Origin: a virus
Strand: one strand, 5' to 3'
DNA: 64,000 bases
IMG/VR virus record: IMGVR_UViG_3300028384_000675
Location: 1 to 64,000 of that record
Positions 36,650 to 49,700 of this stretch are shown here, piece after piece. The position numbers and the translations under genes are program-made. The notes beneath the pieces are model-generated. The model saw nothing but the letters and a program-made list of their open reading frames with translations. It did no database searches and was not told where the DNA came from. Within the stretch, counting starts at the first letter, position 1; each line of letters starts with the position of its first letter.

Positions 36650-39600
36650 TTACCTTTGGTATCCATAAGTCGCTTCAAGAGAGCGAAAATAAGCTAAAGC
36701 GGGTCCCACATAATTGGAAAGCTTCCATGTTACTGCGAGCGTGATTCCTTGTGATGCAGTTGTTGATGGCAAAATACCACTGAAAGGAATAGACACATTG
36801 TGAATGCGACCGTCTACTCCGCCGCCGCCTCCATTAGTTACACCAATTTTATTCCAGTCAGCGGTGTTAGTTGCGGAAGAAGGTATTAACTCCCATGTTG
36901 CGTTATCTCCTATCGGTCCATCATCCTCATCATAAAGGAACAACGTTTCGTTGCTTGTTGGATCATAATTAGCACCATAAAATGCTCTCGAACCACCTGA
37001 GCTAGTATAAATTATTCCACCACTAACTACTCTATCAGTATAATTTCCAGAAAATCTAGCATATTCTTTACGTCCTGACCAACCGCTAGGGATAGCACCC
37101 AAGAAACCAGTAAGCGTTGTGCTAAACGTCGGACCAGATACATATCTTATTTCTACTTCAAAATTTTGATATGATGCAGAGCTGGACGGGGTTAAAATTA
37201 TTCTACCGTCAATAAAGGGTCTTTTAGAAATTCCTCCTGTCGGTGGTGGAATATAAATCTCTTGCGTTTCTGTAGTTACACCAAAACTACCCCCAGACGA
37301 TCTTACATAAGTATAAATTTCAGCAACATCACCAACCAGTTGTGTTGATGACAGTGTTCCGTTAATCGTAACATCGCCGTTTAGTGCAATGTCATTTCCA
37401 TTAATTGAAAACGGTGTAACCGCAGTGTTTGAAGCATTCACTATTTTAAATGTGTCTGCAGTGATAACGAAACTAGAAGTCTCTCCTGTATTCAATAATT
37501 CTAAACCAGAAATATGCCCATCAACGTTAGTCGTCACAAAATATTTCGATTGAATGTTAGTAATATCACTATCTATTGCTTCAACCTGAGTCACCAACCC
37601 TTGAGTAGCTGTTGCGACACTAGAATCGATACTTGATGACAAATTTGTGATATCTTGCGATACAACGCGCAGTCTATCGCTGTCTCGGTCTATTCTGGTC
37701 GAAAGGTCACTAAGTGCCTGACCAGTAACATCTAGGACAAAGTCAGAGTCAAGCACTTCTGTAAGCGAAACTTCGAATTCTTGTACGCGTCCGGAAAGAA
37801 CTGAAATACTGCTATCGGTTAGATCGATTCTAGAAATAACTGAATCAGTAGCAGTCGCTAGAGCATCCAACACGAAGTCAGAGTCAAGCGTATTATTTAA
37901 TGCAGCAGACAGCGAGGTAACTTGTTGCGAGAGAATTGTTAGACTATCGCTATCCTGGTCAATTCTGGTCGACAATTCACTGACCGCGTCACCGACAGCA
38001 TCTACGACGAAACTTGAATCAATCGCATTAGATAATTCAGCAGATAATATAGTAACATCTTGTGATAAAACTGAGAGTCTATCGCTGTCTCGATTAACGC
38101 GCGTCGACAGATCGTTTACTGCGCCACCAACAACTGACAATACCAGATCAGAGTCAATACCTTCAGTCAACGATGCCTCGAATTCTTGTACCCGTCCAGA
38201 AAGAACTGAAATACTGCTATCGGTTAGATCGATTCTTGACATTACTGAATCTGTGGCAGTAGCAATCGCTGACTGTACAAACGATGAGTCTAGTCCAGCA
38301 GTTTCTAGACTAGTCTCGAGTTGCGTTACCTGCTCTGATAGAACAGTAACACCGCTGTCAGTTTGATCAATTCTAGAGTTGACCCCTTGAATTGATGTTG
38401 CCATCGCATCGACGACAAAATCAGAATCAATCGTTTCTAGACTTGCTTGAAATTCTTGCATCCTACCAGATAAAACTGTCACGCCACTATCAGTTTGATC
38501 AATACGAGCATATACAGAATCAACTGCGGTAGCAATCGCTGAATGTACAAACGATGAGTCTAGTCCAGCAGTTTCTAGACTAGTCTCGAGTCGTGTTACC
38601 TGCTCTGATAGAACTGTCACGCCGCTGTCAGTTTGATCGACCCTTGAGTTGACCCCTTGAATCGCAGAAGCAGTAGCACTTTGTATGAAGTCAGAATCGA
38701 TCGTTTCTAGCGTTGCTTCAAATTCTTGCATCCTACCAGATAAAACAGAGATACTGCTATCGGTCAGATCAATACGAGCATATACAGAATCAACTGCAGT
38801 AGCGAGCGCTTCTTGGACAGAAGAATCGTTTCCGATAGTGCTCAACCTTGCTTCTAGGTATAAGAACTGATCTGATAAAATAGTAAGGTCGCTGTCTGTT
38901 CTGTCGATTAGAGTTCGAAGTTGACTTCTCGCGTCTGCAGTAGCATTGACAATATAGTCAGAATCAATAGTTGCGAGTTCTGATTGAAGGTCTACAATTT
39001 TTAGTGACTCGATTGTTAACCTATCGCTGTCCAGATCAAGTCGAGTCGACAGTTCTTCTCGCGCTCTCCCAACTGCGCTATCGATAATATAGTCCATGCC
39101 ATCGAGTCGCTCAAATGCTGAATCGAGCGAAACTGATAATTCTACAAGGTCGCGTGAAAGGAGGTTTATGCTGTCGGAACTAACGTTGACTCTCGCTTCT
39201 AATAACGATAACGCTTGTGCCGATGCTTTAGATGCAATCACCGCATTTAAATCAACTATTTGCCTCGCCAAGGCAGATATCCCGCTATCATTATGTTCAA
39301 CGTATGCTGTTAATTGATTCAGAGCAGTCGCGAATGCAGAGTCTTCTGAGTTCAGTGCCGCTTCCAATGCCAGTGTATACTGAGATAATGCTGACAGAGA
39401 ATCGCTGTCCTGATCAATCCTAACTTCTAATGTTCGTAATCCGCTGGCGACAATGCCTTGTATTGAGTTGTATTGCCCATCCATGAAACTGCGCAATGCT
39501 GCTGAAGTTGGAATAGCATCCTCTTGTTCTAAAAGCATTTCTCTGGTATTCGCAATACCAGATGCCACGACGTCGTTATCCCTATCTTCAAGTTGACCGA

Positions 39601-39853
39601 AAGATACCTTACCTGTTGTTCTTAAATCACCATATAAGATAATATCGTTGTTGACGATAAGATCTGATGCGACAACAGCATTATCGCCGGAATCGGTAAC
39701 ATTCTTGGTGATTTCTTTTAGAAGGTCGCCTTTGCGAACGGTTCGTGTTTTGTTGCCCAAACTGGTGTCACTGACGATGAGAATGTCATCGTCGCTGACT
39801 TCGACTACTTTCTGTAGTTCTGAGATTCTTACATCTTTATCATCTGTCGTCAT
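36650..39853 (-). CDS. Long coiled-coil fibre protein with DSD repeats and tail-tip J-like distal segment
   Basis: ~44-aa repeats RID.(T/D)SD..L.VLS..., then KYFVTTNVDGHISGLEL...SSFVITADTFKI. Confidence 0.78.
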   Translation of the reverse strand: MTTDDKDVRISELQKVVEVSDDDILIVSDTSLGNKTRTVRKGDLLKEITKNVTDSGDNAVVASDLIVNNDIILYGDLRTTGKVSFGQLEDRDNDVVASGIANTREMLLEQEDAIPTSAALRSFMDGQYNSIQGIVASGLRTLEVRIDQDSDSLSALSQYTLALEAALNSEDSAFATALNQLTAYVEHNDSGISALARQIVDLNAVIASKASAQALSLLEARVNVSSDSINLLSRDLVELSVSLDSAFERLDGMDYIIDSAVGRAREELSTRLDLDSDRLTIESLKIVDLQSELATIDSDYIVNATADARSQLRTLIDRTDSDLTILSDQFLYLEARLSTIGNDSSVQEALATAVDSVYARIDLTDSSISVLSGRMQEFEATLETIDSDFIQSATASAIQGVNSRVDQTDSGVTVLSEQVTRLETSLETAGLDSSFVHSAIATAVDSVYARIDQTDSGVTVLSGRMQEFQASLETIDSDFVVDAMATSIQGVNSRIDQTDSGVTVLSEQVTQLETSLETAGLDSSFVQSAIATATDSVMSRIDLTDSSISVLSGRVQEFEASLTEGIDSDLVLSVVGGAVNDLSTRVNRDSDRLSVLSQDVTILSAELSNAIDSSFVVDAVGDAVSELSTRIDQDSDSLTILSQQVTSLSAALNNTLDSDFVLDALATATDSVISRIDLTDSSISVLSGRVQEFEVSLTEVLDSDFVLDVTGQALSDLSTRIDRDSDRLRVVSQDITNLSSSIDSSVATATQGLVTQVEAIDSDITNIQSKYFVTTNVDGHISGLELLNTGETSSFVITADTFKIVNASNTAVTPFSINGNDIALNGDVTINGTLSSTQLVGDVAEIYTYVRSSGGSFGVTTETQEIYIPPPTGGISKRPFIDGRIILTPSSSASYQNFEVEIRYVSGPTFSTTLTGFLGAIPSGWSGRKEYARFSGNYTDRVVSGGIIYTSSGGSRAFYGANYDPTSNETLFLYDEDDGPIGDNATWELIPSSATNTADWNKIGVTNGGGGGVDGRIHNVSIPFSGILPSTTASQGITLAVTWKLSNYVGPALAYFRSLEATYGYQR
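38281..38591. repeat. Near-exact intragenic tandem duplication, period 270 nt
   Basis: acgatgagtctagtccagcagtttctagactagtctcgagt at 38281-38321 and 38551-38591. Confidence 0.85.
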
Positions 39854-39884
39854 GTCACCAATGTTCCAAAATTTATTTACGTGT

Positions 39885-39892
39885 TATTTATA
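39885..39892 (-). promoter_or_regulatory. Late promoter
   Basis: TATAAATA. Confidence 0.75.
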
Positions 39893-39895
39893 CGG

Positions 39896-40705
39896 TTAAT
39901 TGTTGTCGAATCCGCCACCACCGCCGAATCCACCGCCGAATCCACCACCAGTAGCGCTTCCGTTACTCGCAGAAAGAGATATCTGTGTAGCAGTAACGCT
40001 GCAAACAGAATAGAACGTTCCTGCACTTGATACGATTTTTATTCTAAAATGAGGATCGCCACCTAACACCATAGGGAACGAACCAGATATATTGCCAGAA
40101 AGATTTTGATTGGGATTGCTCATCGCCAACCATTCAAACTTTAATCCTCCAGAACTCGGAACAGTATAATATGATCCGCTACTGTATCCAAATAGTGTAG
40201 GAGTGTAACTACCATCATTAGGAATTCCATTACTGCCCATTGTTGCACAGTGACTGGTACAAGATTGCGATGATACATTGTACTGCGCTTCAATCGAAGT
40301 GATTGTACCCAGATTACTGTAATTTACATATCCAGTATATACTGTCGGTTGAGCAGTAGAATCACCATCTGCCCAGTTAATCTTTACCCGATTGTTTGTA
40401 TTCTCGCGAGAAAATTGTACCCATCCATATGCTTCAGTGTAACCGCTTGGTTGATTGACAGAATTTTGAAGATCCCAACCTGACATACTCCATGACGTGT
40501 CTACTGTACCAGAAACGTTTGACGCATTATAAAAGTCACTCCAACGTATTTCGCCAGATGCCGGAACGTTTGGCGCAGTTGCAGATGTAACGAGACCAGC
40601 GCCCGAGTAGTAATCGCTGATCTCGTTTTCGGTCTGACTGTTCGTCCCCTTGAACTCAGTAATAATCTGACCGAACCCAATCTGTCCAGAAGCAGGAAGT
40701 GCCAT
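39896..40705 (-). CDS. Fibre-tip adhesin-like protein
   Basis: MALPASGQI....I..EF...ISDYY...VP.SGEI..SDFY adaptor motif, directly after an S74-bearing fibre. Gly-rich C-terminus. Confidence 0.7.
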   Translation of the reverse strand: MALPASGQIGFGQIITEFKGTNSQTENEISDYYSGAGLVTSATAPNVPASGEIRWSDFYNASNVSGTVDTSWSMSGWDLQNSVNQPSGYTEAYGWVQFSRENTNNRVKINWADGDSTAQPTVYTGYVNYSNLGTITSIEAQYNVSSQSCTSHCATMGSNGIPNDGSYTPTLFGYSSGSYYTVPSSGGLKFEWLAMSNPNQNLSGNISGSFPMVLGGDPHFRIKIVSSAGTFYSVCSVTATQISLSASNGSATGGGFGGGFGGGGGFDNN

Positions 40706-40708
40706 ACC

Positions 40709-43700
40709 TTACCCCTTCAACGCCTTGATTTCTGCCTTTAATGCTTCAATCTGTTCTTGCTGTTCTTTAATCGCCTCAATAAACAGAGCACTCATAGTAT
40801 CATAGTTGACGGTCTTGACGACTTCGCCTTCACCCATGATATCTTTCTCCTTGACTGCCTGAGGAAGAACCTTCTCGACATCTTGCGCGATCACACCAGC
40901 AGACTTTTCACCGTCCTTTTTCCACGTAAACTCTACGCCGCGAAGTTGCTGTACTTTATCTACAGCATTCTCGACGACCGTAATGTTTTCCTTCAACTTC
41001 TCATCAGATACTGAGTTAGAGTATGCGATGATATCACCGTCAGCATGGAAATCACCAGTAGAGACATTGAAGAAGAATTTGTTAGCATTCGCCACATCAC
41101 TGATATAAATGTCATTGGTAGAAACTTGATTCTGGTGAATATACAAGTGACTTCCGTCGAACGAAATTTCATAGTCATCACCAGTACCGAACTGAACCTT
41201 CTTATCATCGTTCAGATCAATATGATCACCACGAATATAATAACGTCCGTCTAGATCAACCGACGCTCCTGCCGAACCTGTGCCTGTCAGCGAGAGAACA
41301 CCGCTACCTGTATTGAACGATGCCGCATTAATGTAGTCAGTAGAACCGCCAGACGCTGCAGCAGGAAGAGAAACTGTTTTCGTGTTAACTGCAGTTATGT
41401 GACCTTCTGGGTTGGTTGTGATATTATCGACAACAGTGAACGAACCGCTGTATCCAGGAGAAGTGCTGTTCGTTGTATTCGTTCGGTCAGTCTTATTATG
41501 ACTAATCGCTAGATCATATGGGTCACCAGTAGAACCAGGAGAAGTGTCGACCCAGTTCATATTGATGTAATTGGAAGATCCAGAAACAGATGCTGCTGCT
41601 TCAACAAACTTGAACCTCTTTCCGTGAGACATAGTAACAGCAGTGCCGTCTCCATCTTCAACGGTGAAGGTGGTTAGTCGATTTGTATTGGTATCAGTGT
41701 TTGTATCAGTCCAAGGAACATTGACGTACATCTGACCATTCGACAGTTCAACTGGGTAGTTCTGACCGTTCTCGTTGTAACCAATCTTGACAAGACCCAG
41801 CGTAGAACTTGTTGCTTGCGAGTAAGTCGTGTTTGTATCTGTAGTTGAGTAGCGACCATCAAGGTCAACAACAACGTTCGACATTCCTCCGCTACGACTC
41901 AGCGTCAGTTCACCGTTGCCAGTGTTAAACGAAGCACCGTCAAGGTAGTTGTTGCTGTTGCTACCAATCGTCACATCGATAGAGGACAACCCTGCACGAT
42001 GTAATGTCAGTTTACCAGATCCAGCACTATAACTAGCAGAGGAAACATAGTTGTTTGTATCAGTAGAAGCAATGTTAATTTGGTTGCTAGAAACACGACT
42101 TACTGAAACATTGTTGCCACCTTTCAACCATACCTGATCTGACGTTCCGGTACTAGGGTCTAGTGTAATCGCCGCGCCGTCAATATTTGCGCTTGTAGAA
42201 GCATACAAATCGTATGTTGTATCTGTATTACTTGTCGCGTAACGACCGTCAAGGTCAACTGTTACGTCACCCAGACCTGCTCGCGATAATGTTAGAATAC
42301 CGTTAGTGTCATTGAACGAAGCGCCATCGACATAGTAGTTCGTGTCGGTGTTAGTGTCAGTAGAAGAAATTGTTACCGTGTTTGTTTCAGCATTATACCC
42401 TAATGACGTTGCGCCGCCTGACAAGAACTTCAGCGTATTTCCTGAGTAGATGTTGTCAGTGTTATTTGATCCAACCTTCACCTTCCAGTGATTGTAGTTG
42501 TCATAACTTCCTGCTAACTGATAGCGTCCATCAAGACTTACCGAAGCACCTGCTGCGCCGACACCACCCAAAGCGAGCACACCACCACTGAAACTTGCGC
42601 TGTTGACATAATTGTTAGTATCCGTTGAACTAATCGTTACCTTCTTACTTGTAGCGTTGTATGAAACGCTACTAGCACCGCTTCCTGCGAACTCAATTGT
42701 TTCGCCAGAAGTAACTGCTTCGGTGGTGCTTCCATTCTTTAAGTTCCAAGAAACATAGTTATCGTATGTTCCCTGTAGCAGATAACGTCCATCCAGATCA
42801 ACCGAAGCGCCTGCACCACCAGTTCCGGTGAGTGATAGAATACCTGTTCCTGTACTGAACGAAGCGCCAGTGATGAAGTCGTTAGTATCTGTCGAAGTAA
42901 TTCGAAGTGTATTTGAAGCAGCATAATAAGTGGTAGAAGCAGCACCCGCCCCTTCAAATTTTACTGATTGCCCGCTGGTAACCGCCTCATCATGTGTGCC
43001 ATCAGTTATAGTCCAAGAAGTATACTTGTCGAATCTTTCCGTCAGACCCAAGTCAACCGTGACATCTGACATAGAGTGTCTGCTCAGAGTCAGAACATCG
43101 TTCGAACTATTAAACGAGGCACCGTCGACATAAGTGTTGGTAGAACCAATTGACAACGTGTTTGTCGATGCAGTGTAAGTTGTACTTACATCGCCAGACC
43201 CAACAACCTTAAGAGTATCGTTAGAATAGATGTACTCGTGATTGGTACCGTCGCTGATCTTCCAACGATCATACTTGTCGAACCTTTCCGCCAGACCCAG
43301 ATCAACTGATAAACTGCTCAGACCGTTTCGACCAAACGTGATTTCGTCAGTAGAAGCATTCCATGAAACGCTTGAGAGATAATTGTTAGTGTCAGTTGCA
43401 CTAATTGTCAATTGATTATCAGTTGTATTTAACGAAGTAGTGACATTCGTGCCACCTACAACCTTAATGAGGTCAAGGGATGTTACTTCTTGAGAAGTAG
43501 AACCGTCAGATAAACTCCAAGAAACATAATTGTCATATGTTCCCTGTAGTAGATAGCGACCATCAAGGTCGACTGTATTCCCGTCACTGATCGTAAGTTT
43601 ACCGGTGGTTCCGTTCCAAGAAAGCGTCTGATCGTCATATTCAAAGTAATCGCTGATCGTAACAGATTCAGAAGTGCCATCACCTTTATGGATTGTGATT

Positions 43701-46700
43701 GTGTCATCAGATACTGTTAATGCGTTACTGGCACGAAGTGCTTGGGGACTAGTCTGCTCAACATACCGACCATCAAAGTCAGTCGTCAATGTCTGTCCAT
43801 CATTACGATTAGCAGTAAGAACTCCATTACCGGTATTAAATGATATTCCTGTAACGAAATAGTCAGTACCGATTGCGTCACTAATTGTAACAGATTCGGT
43901 TGTGCCATCTGCTCTCTTCAGAGTAATTGTGTCATTGTTAACCTGTAGCGCATCTGTTGGATGCAACGCCTGAACGTGTGAGGTTGTTACATAATCTCCG
44001 GCAGGTTGGTAACGCCCATCAATATCGATTGTGTTACCACCAGAAATACTGATCTGACCATTCGCTCCATTCCAACTCAGATTTTGATTCGGGAAGAAGT
44101 CGTCGTCAATTGTTACAGCATCTGTCGATCCGTCTGCCATGTGGAGTGTGATGGTATCGCCGCTGACTGTAAGAGGGTTCGTTGTTCTGAGTAACTGCGG
44201 ACTCTGACTATGTACGTATCGATCGTCGAGGTCAACAGAGAAATTGCCACCATCGTTTCTACCGATCGACAATACTCCATTCACATCATTAAATACGAAT
44301 GAGGTAGTGTATGTGTTTGTGTTAGCGTCCGAGATCGTTACTGATTCAACAGTGCCGTCTGCTCGAGTCAGAGTAATTGTATCATTGTTTACCGCAAGTG
44401 CCGCCCCTACAGGTAATGCTTGCGAACTTGTCTGATGAACATAACGACCATCAAGGTCAACTGAGTTTCCATTAGAAATCGAAAGAACACCAGTACCGCT
44501 GTGACCACCGCTGAAAGAAAGGTTTTGATAATGATAGTGCTCATCATCAAATGTAACTGATTCGTACGTCCCGTTCCCCTTATACAGGTAAATCGTGTCA
44601 CCAGATATTCTCAATGCATCAGTTGAATGTAACGCCTGCACTCCATCATTAGGAACATAACGTCCATCAAGGTTTACTGATGCTCCTGCTGCTCCGACAC
44701 CAGTCAACGAAAGAGTACCGCCATTAAATGTAGCAGCGTTGATGTAGAAGTTAGTGTTTGCATCACTAATCGTCACTTCATCCGTTGTCCCATCTGCAAG
44801 ATGAAGTGTTATCGTGTCATTGTTAACTGTCAGAGGGTTGGTCGCACGTAGTGCCTGAGGACTTGTCTGTTCAACATATCGACCGTCAAGACTCACCGAA
44901 GCGCCTGCGTCTCCGGTTCCAGTTAACGAAAGAGTACCATTACTAAACGAAGCGCCAGTGACGAAATCGTTTTCAGCACTAATCTCCAATGTATTCGTTG
45001 ACGTTGACAACGTTGTGGTTACATTATCACCACCAGAAACCGTGATAGTCTCACCAGATGATATCGATTCGGTTGACGAACCGTCAGTCAATTTCCAGTT
45101 CGAGTAATTATCGTATCTACCATCGAGACCGGCAGTCACTGAATTACCATCGTTGCGCGTTCCGGTCAATACACCATTCGATGTATTGAAAGACAGACCT
45201 GTGATGAAGTAGTCGGTACCAAGAGCGTCAGAAATGTCGTGACTTTCTGAGGTGCCGTCTGCTTTATTAATTGTAATTGTATCGTCGTTCACTTCCAGTG
45301 CGTTTGTCGGATGCAACGCTTGGGCACTTGTTGTTGTAACATAATTACCAACAGGTTGGTAGCGACCATCAAGACTTACCGAAGCGCCTGCAGATCCAGA
45401 TCCAGTTAGGGAGAGAGTACCACCAGTAAACGAGGCGCCAGTAATAAAATCATTATTGTCAACGATAGTAACTGCTTCGCGAGTACCATCACCCTTGTAT
45501 AGATAAATCGTGTCGCCGCTCGACCTTAATGCGTCAGTTGGGTGTAACGCTTGCGGTCCTGCTTTATCAACGAAATGACTTTCTAAATCAACAGTAAATG
45601 AACCACCGTCATTTCTTCCTATGGTCAGTTCACCATCGGTGCTTAGTGCAAGAGAAGTAATATAGGTGTTAGTGTTAGCATCGCTAATTGTTACAGATTC
45701 TGATGTACCATCGCCTTTGTAGATTGTAATTGTATCATTGTTAACTGCGATTGCGTTTGTAGAACGCAAAACCTGCGCGCTTGTAGTCTGAGTATATCGC
45801 CCATCGATATCAACAGTGTTTCCATCCGATATAGTCAACTCACCTGACGAAGCATTCCAAGAAAGCGTTTGATCGTCAGGATAAAACTCGTCGTCTATAT
45901 CAACGCTGATGGATGTACCGTCAGCACGATGTAATGTAATAGTGTCACCACTAATAGTCAGTGGAGTGTTAGCGCGTAGTGCCTGTACACTATTCTGATT
46001 GACATAACGTCCATCGAAGTTTGTTGAGACCGTATTCCCGTCATTACGAGATCCAATCAGCGTGCCACTACTAGTATTGAACGATAAACCTGTAATGAAA
46101 TAGTCAGTTCCGATTGCATCAATGATAGAATGAGATTCGAATGTACCATCTGCTTTGTAAAGAGTGATTGTATCGTCATTCACTTCTAATGCGTTAGTTG
46201 GATGCAATGCTTGAGCGCTGGTTTGTTCAACATAGCGTCCATCCAAACTAATTGTTACTAATCCAGCATCATTGCGATATGCGGTTAAGAGACCTGTTGT
46301 GGTATTAAATCCAACGCCAGTCAAGTAATTGTCGTTAACAGTTACCTGAACAGAATTTCCATCTGCTAGATTCAGAGTGATAGTGTCGTTAAGAACAGTG
46401 ATCGGGTTAGTTGGATCTAACGCCTGTGCGCTATTGGTAGTGACATAATTACCTGTTGGTTGATAACGACCATCAAGTGTCACATTCAGATCAGGTAATC
46501 CAGAACGTGATGCTGTTAGTACACCGTCCGATGAATTGAATGTCAAATTATTGACGAAGTTGTTAACATCTGAATCGTCAACAGTTACCTGAGCAGTATT
46601 TCCATCTGCTAGGTGAAGCGTAATTGTATCGTTGTCAACCGTTATAGGGTTGACAGAACGTAACGCTTGACTACTTTGGTTGTGCACATATCTGCTATCG

Positions 46701-49700
46701 AATCCGGTCGCGACAGTTTGACCGTCTCTTCGGAATCCAGTCAGAACACCTGTTGTTGGATTTAGCGAAATGCCAGTTAAGAAGTTATCGTTAACTGTAA
46801 CACTGACACTAGTGTCATCAGCAAGGTGTAATGTGATTGTGTCATCGCTGACTGTAAGAGGATTCGTTTCACGAAGAACCTGCTTTCCGCCCTTTATATC
46901 CTGTATCGTTGTTCTAATGGCATCGATGTCAGAGTCATTACCATCAACTCTTAGGTCGAGCGATGCGATATCATCGTCGTTTCCTAGGATCCTAGTGCCT
47001 AGTGCCGAGTCAGCGAGTTGTAATGAAACGATATCGCCAAGAACATCAACCAATACTGCAGAGTTTGAGTCCAGTCGATCTTCTGTGATTTCTATTCTTG
47101 AGATAACTGAATCAAAAGCAGTCAGGTTGTACAATGCGTTTGCTGCAATATCAGATTCTGCTGCTGTCATACGACCTTCAACTAAGTCGTGCTCACCGTG
47201 TAATTCGTTGATAGAAGGAATGATTACTTGGTTAACAGTGTCGAGTGGTCCAGACCCTAGTCTGCTCTGAAGATCTGCAACATCTGACTCGCCGACTGAG
47301 GTTCTTCCTTCAAGAGAATCTAAACGGTTCTCTGCTGAATCCATTCTCGGTTGAAGATCATCAAGAATATCTTCGGCGTCATCCATCTCCCCTTGTAGAG
47401 TACCGACGTCGGTATTCAGAGTTGATAGTATCGAAGAGTTATTCTCGATTAGTGTTTTGAGATCACTATCCGCGTCTCTGAACGCTTCAATGATTTCTAG
47501 GATTGTGTCCAGATCACCAGGAGCGCTGTCCAATAACCCATCAACTCTGCGGTTTACAGCGTCAATGTTAATTTGTAGTGCAGAGTCAGCATCATATCTC
47601 GTTTCCGCTTCTTGAGTTATGGCAGTACTGAGTTCAGAATCACGAAGAATTGCGCGTGCTATTTCCTGATCGATTAATATGTTGTTCGCTCGAATGTCTG
47701 TTGCATTCGAATCAATCATGCTGGTTAAATCTGCCTCGAGGTTGATAGATCGACTTAGACCTGAATCAATCTGACTTTGTAAATCTTTCTCAACATCCAA
47801 TGCACGATTCATTTCTGAGTCGATCAGGTCACTGAGAGTCTTGTTTATATTCGTCAGTCGAGATGTTGCCGAATCGATTCCGCTCTGTAGATCGCCTTCG
47901 GCAAGAATGGCACGAGTAATTTCATCAGCGATAGAAGTTGAGTTAGAGTCGATTCTACTGAGGAGGTCTGACTCCAAATTCACAGACCGCTCGAGTCCTG
48001 AGTCAATCTGACTTTGTAACCTTGCCTCGACGCCCTGCGCCCGAGTCATCTCAGAATCAATGAGATCAGAAAGTGTACGATTGATGTTTGTTAGGCGAGT
48101 GGTCGCAGAGTCAATCGCATCTTGTAGACCTTCTTCTGCCAAAATCGCTCTGCCTATTTCTTCAGCGATAGAGGTTGCGTTTGAGTCAATTCTTCCTAGT
48201 AAGTCAGATTCAAGGGTGACTGAACGTTCGAGTCCTGAGTCGATCTGACTTTGTAGCCTTGTTTCAACATCAATCGCTCGGCGAGTCTCAGAATCAATTA
48301 GGTCGCTCAATGCTTTGTTGATGTCAGTGACTCTTGTAGACTCGGAGTCAATCAGATCTTGTAAATCGCCTTCCGCTTCAATTGCTCGTGCGATCTCGTC
48401 AGCGATAGAAGTTGAGTTAGAGTCGATTCTGCTGAGAAGGTCAGATTCAAGGTTCAGCGTACGACTTAAACCTGAATCAATTTGACTTTGTAAAGATCCT
48501 TCTACTGCTAAAGCGCGAGTCATCTCAGAATCAATTAGGTCGCTGAGAGTTTGATTGATGTTGGTTAGTCTTAGTGATGCTGAGTCAATCAGATCTTGTA
48601 GTTCACCATCAACACGAATCGCTCTGGTAATCTCTGAGTCAATCGCTGCTGTGTTCGCATCAATATCGAGACGAATATCTGAGTCAGCGTTGATAGAAAG
48701 CGACAGACTCGAATCGATCAGATCTCGCAAGAAACGCTCTGCGTCAATGGCACGACTCAACTCAGAATCAATAAGTCCTCTCAATTCTGATTCGGCATCT
48801 AGAGCACGGTTCATTTCTGAATCAATAAGACCATCCAGAGTTTGATTGATGTTGGTTAGTCGCAGTGTTGCCGAGTCAATCTGACTTTGAAGATTACCTT
48901 CGACTCTGATTGCTCGTTGCGTTTCCGAGTCTATCATGCTGGTCAGGTCTGATTCTAAATTAAGTGTTCGACCTAAACCTGAGTCAATCTGACTTTGAAG
49001 GTTTCCTTCGATTCCGATTGCTCGTTGAGACTCAGAGTCGATCAGATCACTGAGAGTCTTATTAATATTTGATAAGCGAGCAGTTGCTGAGTCGATTGCT
49101 GTTTCGGCATCATCCAGTCTGCTCTCTGCCGAGTCCATTCTTGCAGTCAGAGAAGTAACCTCTCCTGATCGCAATCCAATAATTTCGTTATCGGTATACG
49201 TGTTCGCTTCTTGTTTCGCTGTAGCAATACGGGAGGTAATTGTGTTTCCTGCTGTACCGTCTACAGTCGCGTCACCGATCATTAATGCATCGCGTTGACG
49301 AGTGTACAGTCGCGCAGCAGAAAGGGTAGCAGAGTCTCCTACCGCCCTGAGCGATTCCTCTTGCTCGATTCTATCAATCAGTTCTTCTCGGGCAGAATCA
49401 ATGTTGCCTTGTAGGTCTTCTCCGACTGAGAGGCGATTTAAAACTTCTTGGTCAATTCTTGCATTGATATCAGAATCAGCAGCAGATCGTAGACTCGCTT
49501 CTGTATTGACACTTGTATTAATCGCGTCCTGTAAGTCAGAGTCTGCTGCTCTTCGCGCAGCAATTTCCTGATCAATTCGTACGCCAAGCGCGGAGTCACC
49601 TGCCAATCGCTCGCTCGTTTCGTCAGATACGCGAGTTGTGTTAGATGAAACGAGTTGCCTTACATCGCTGTCGACTTCATTAAGATAGTTGACGATTTCA

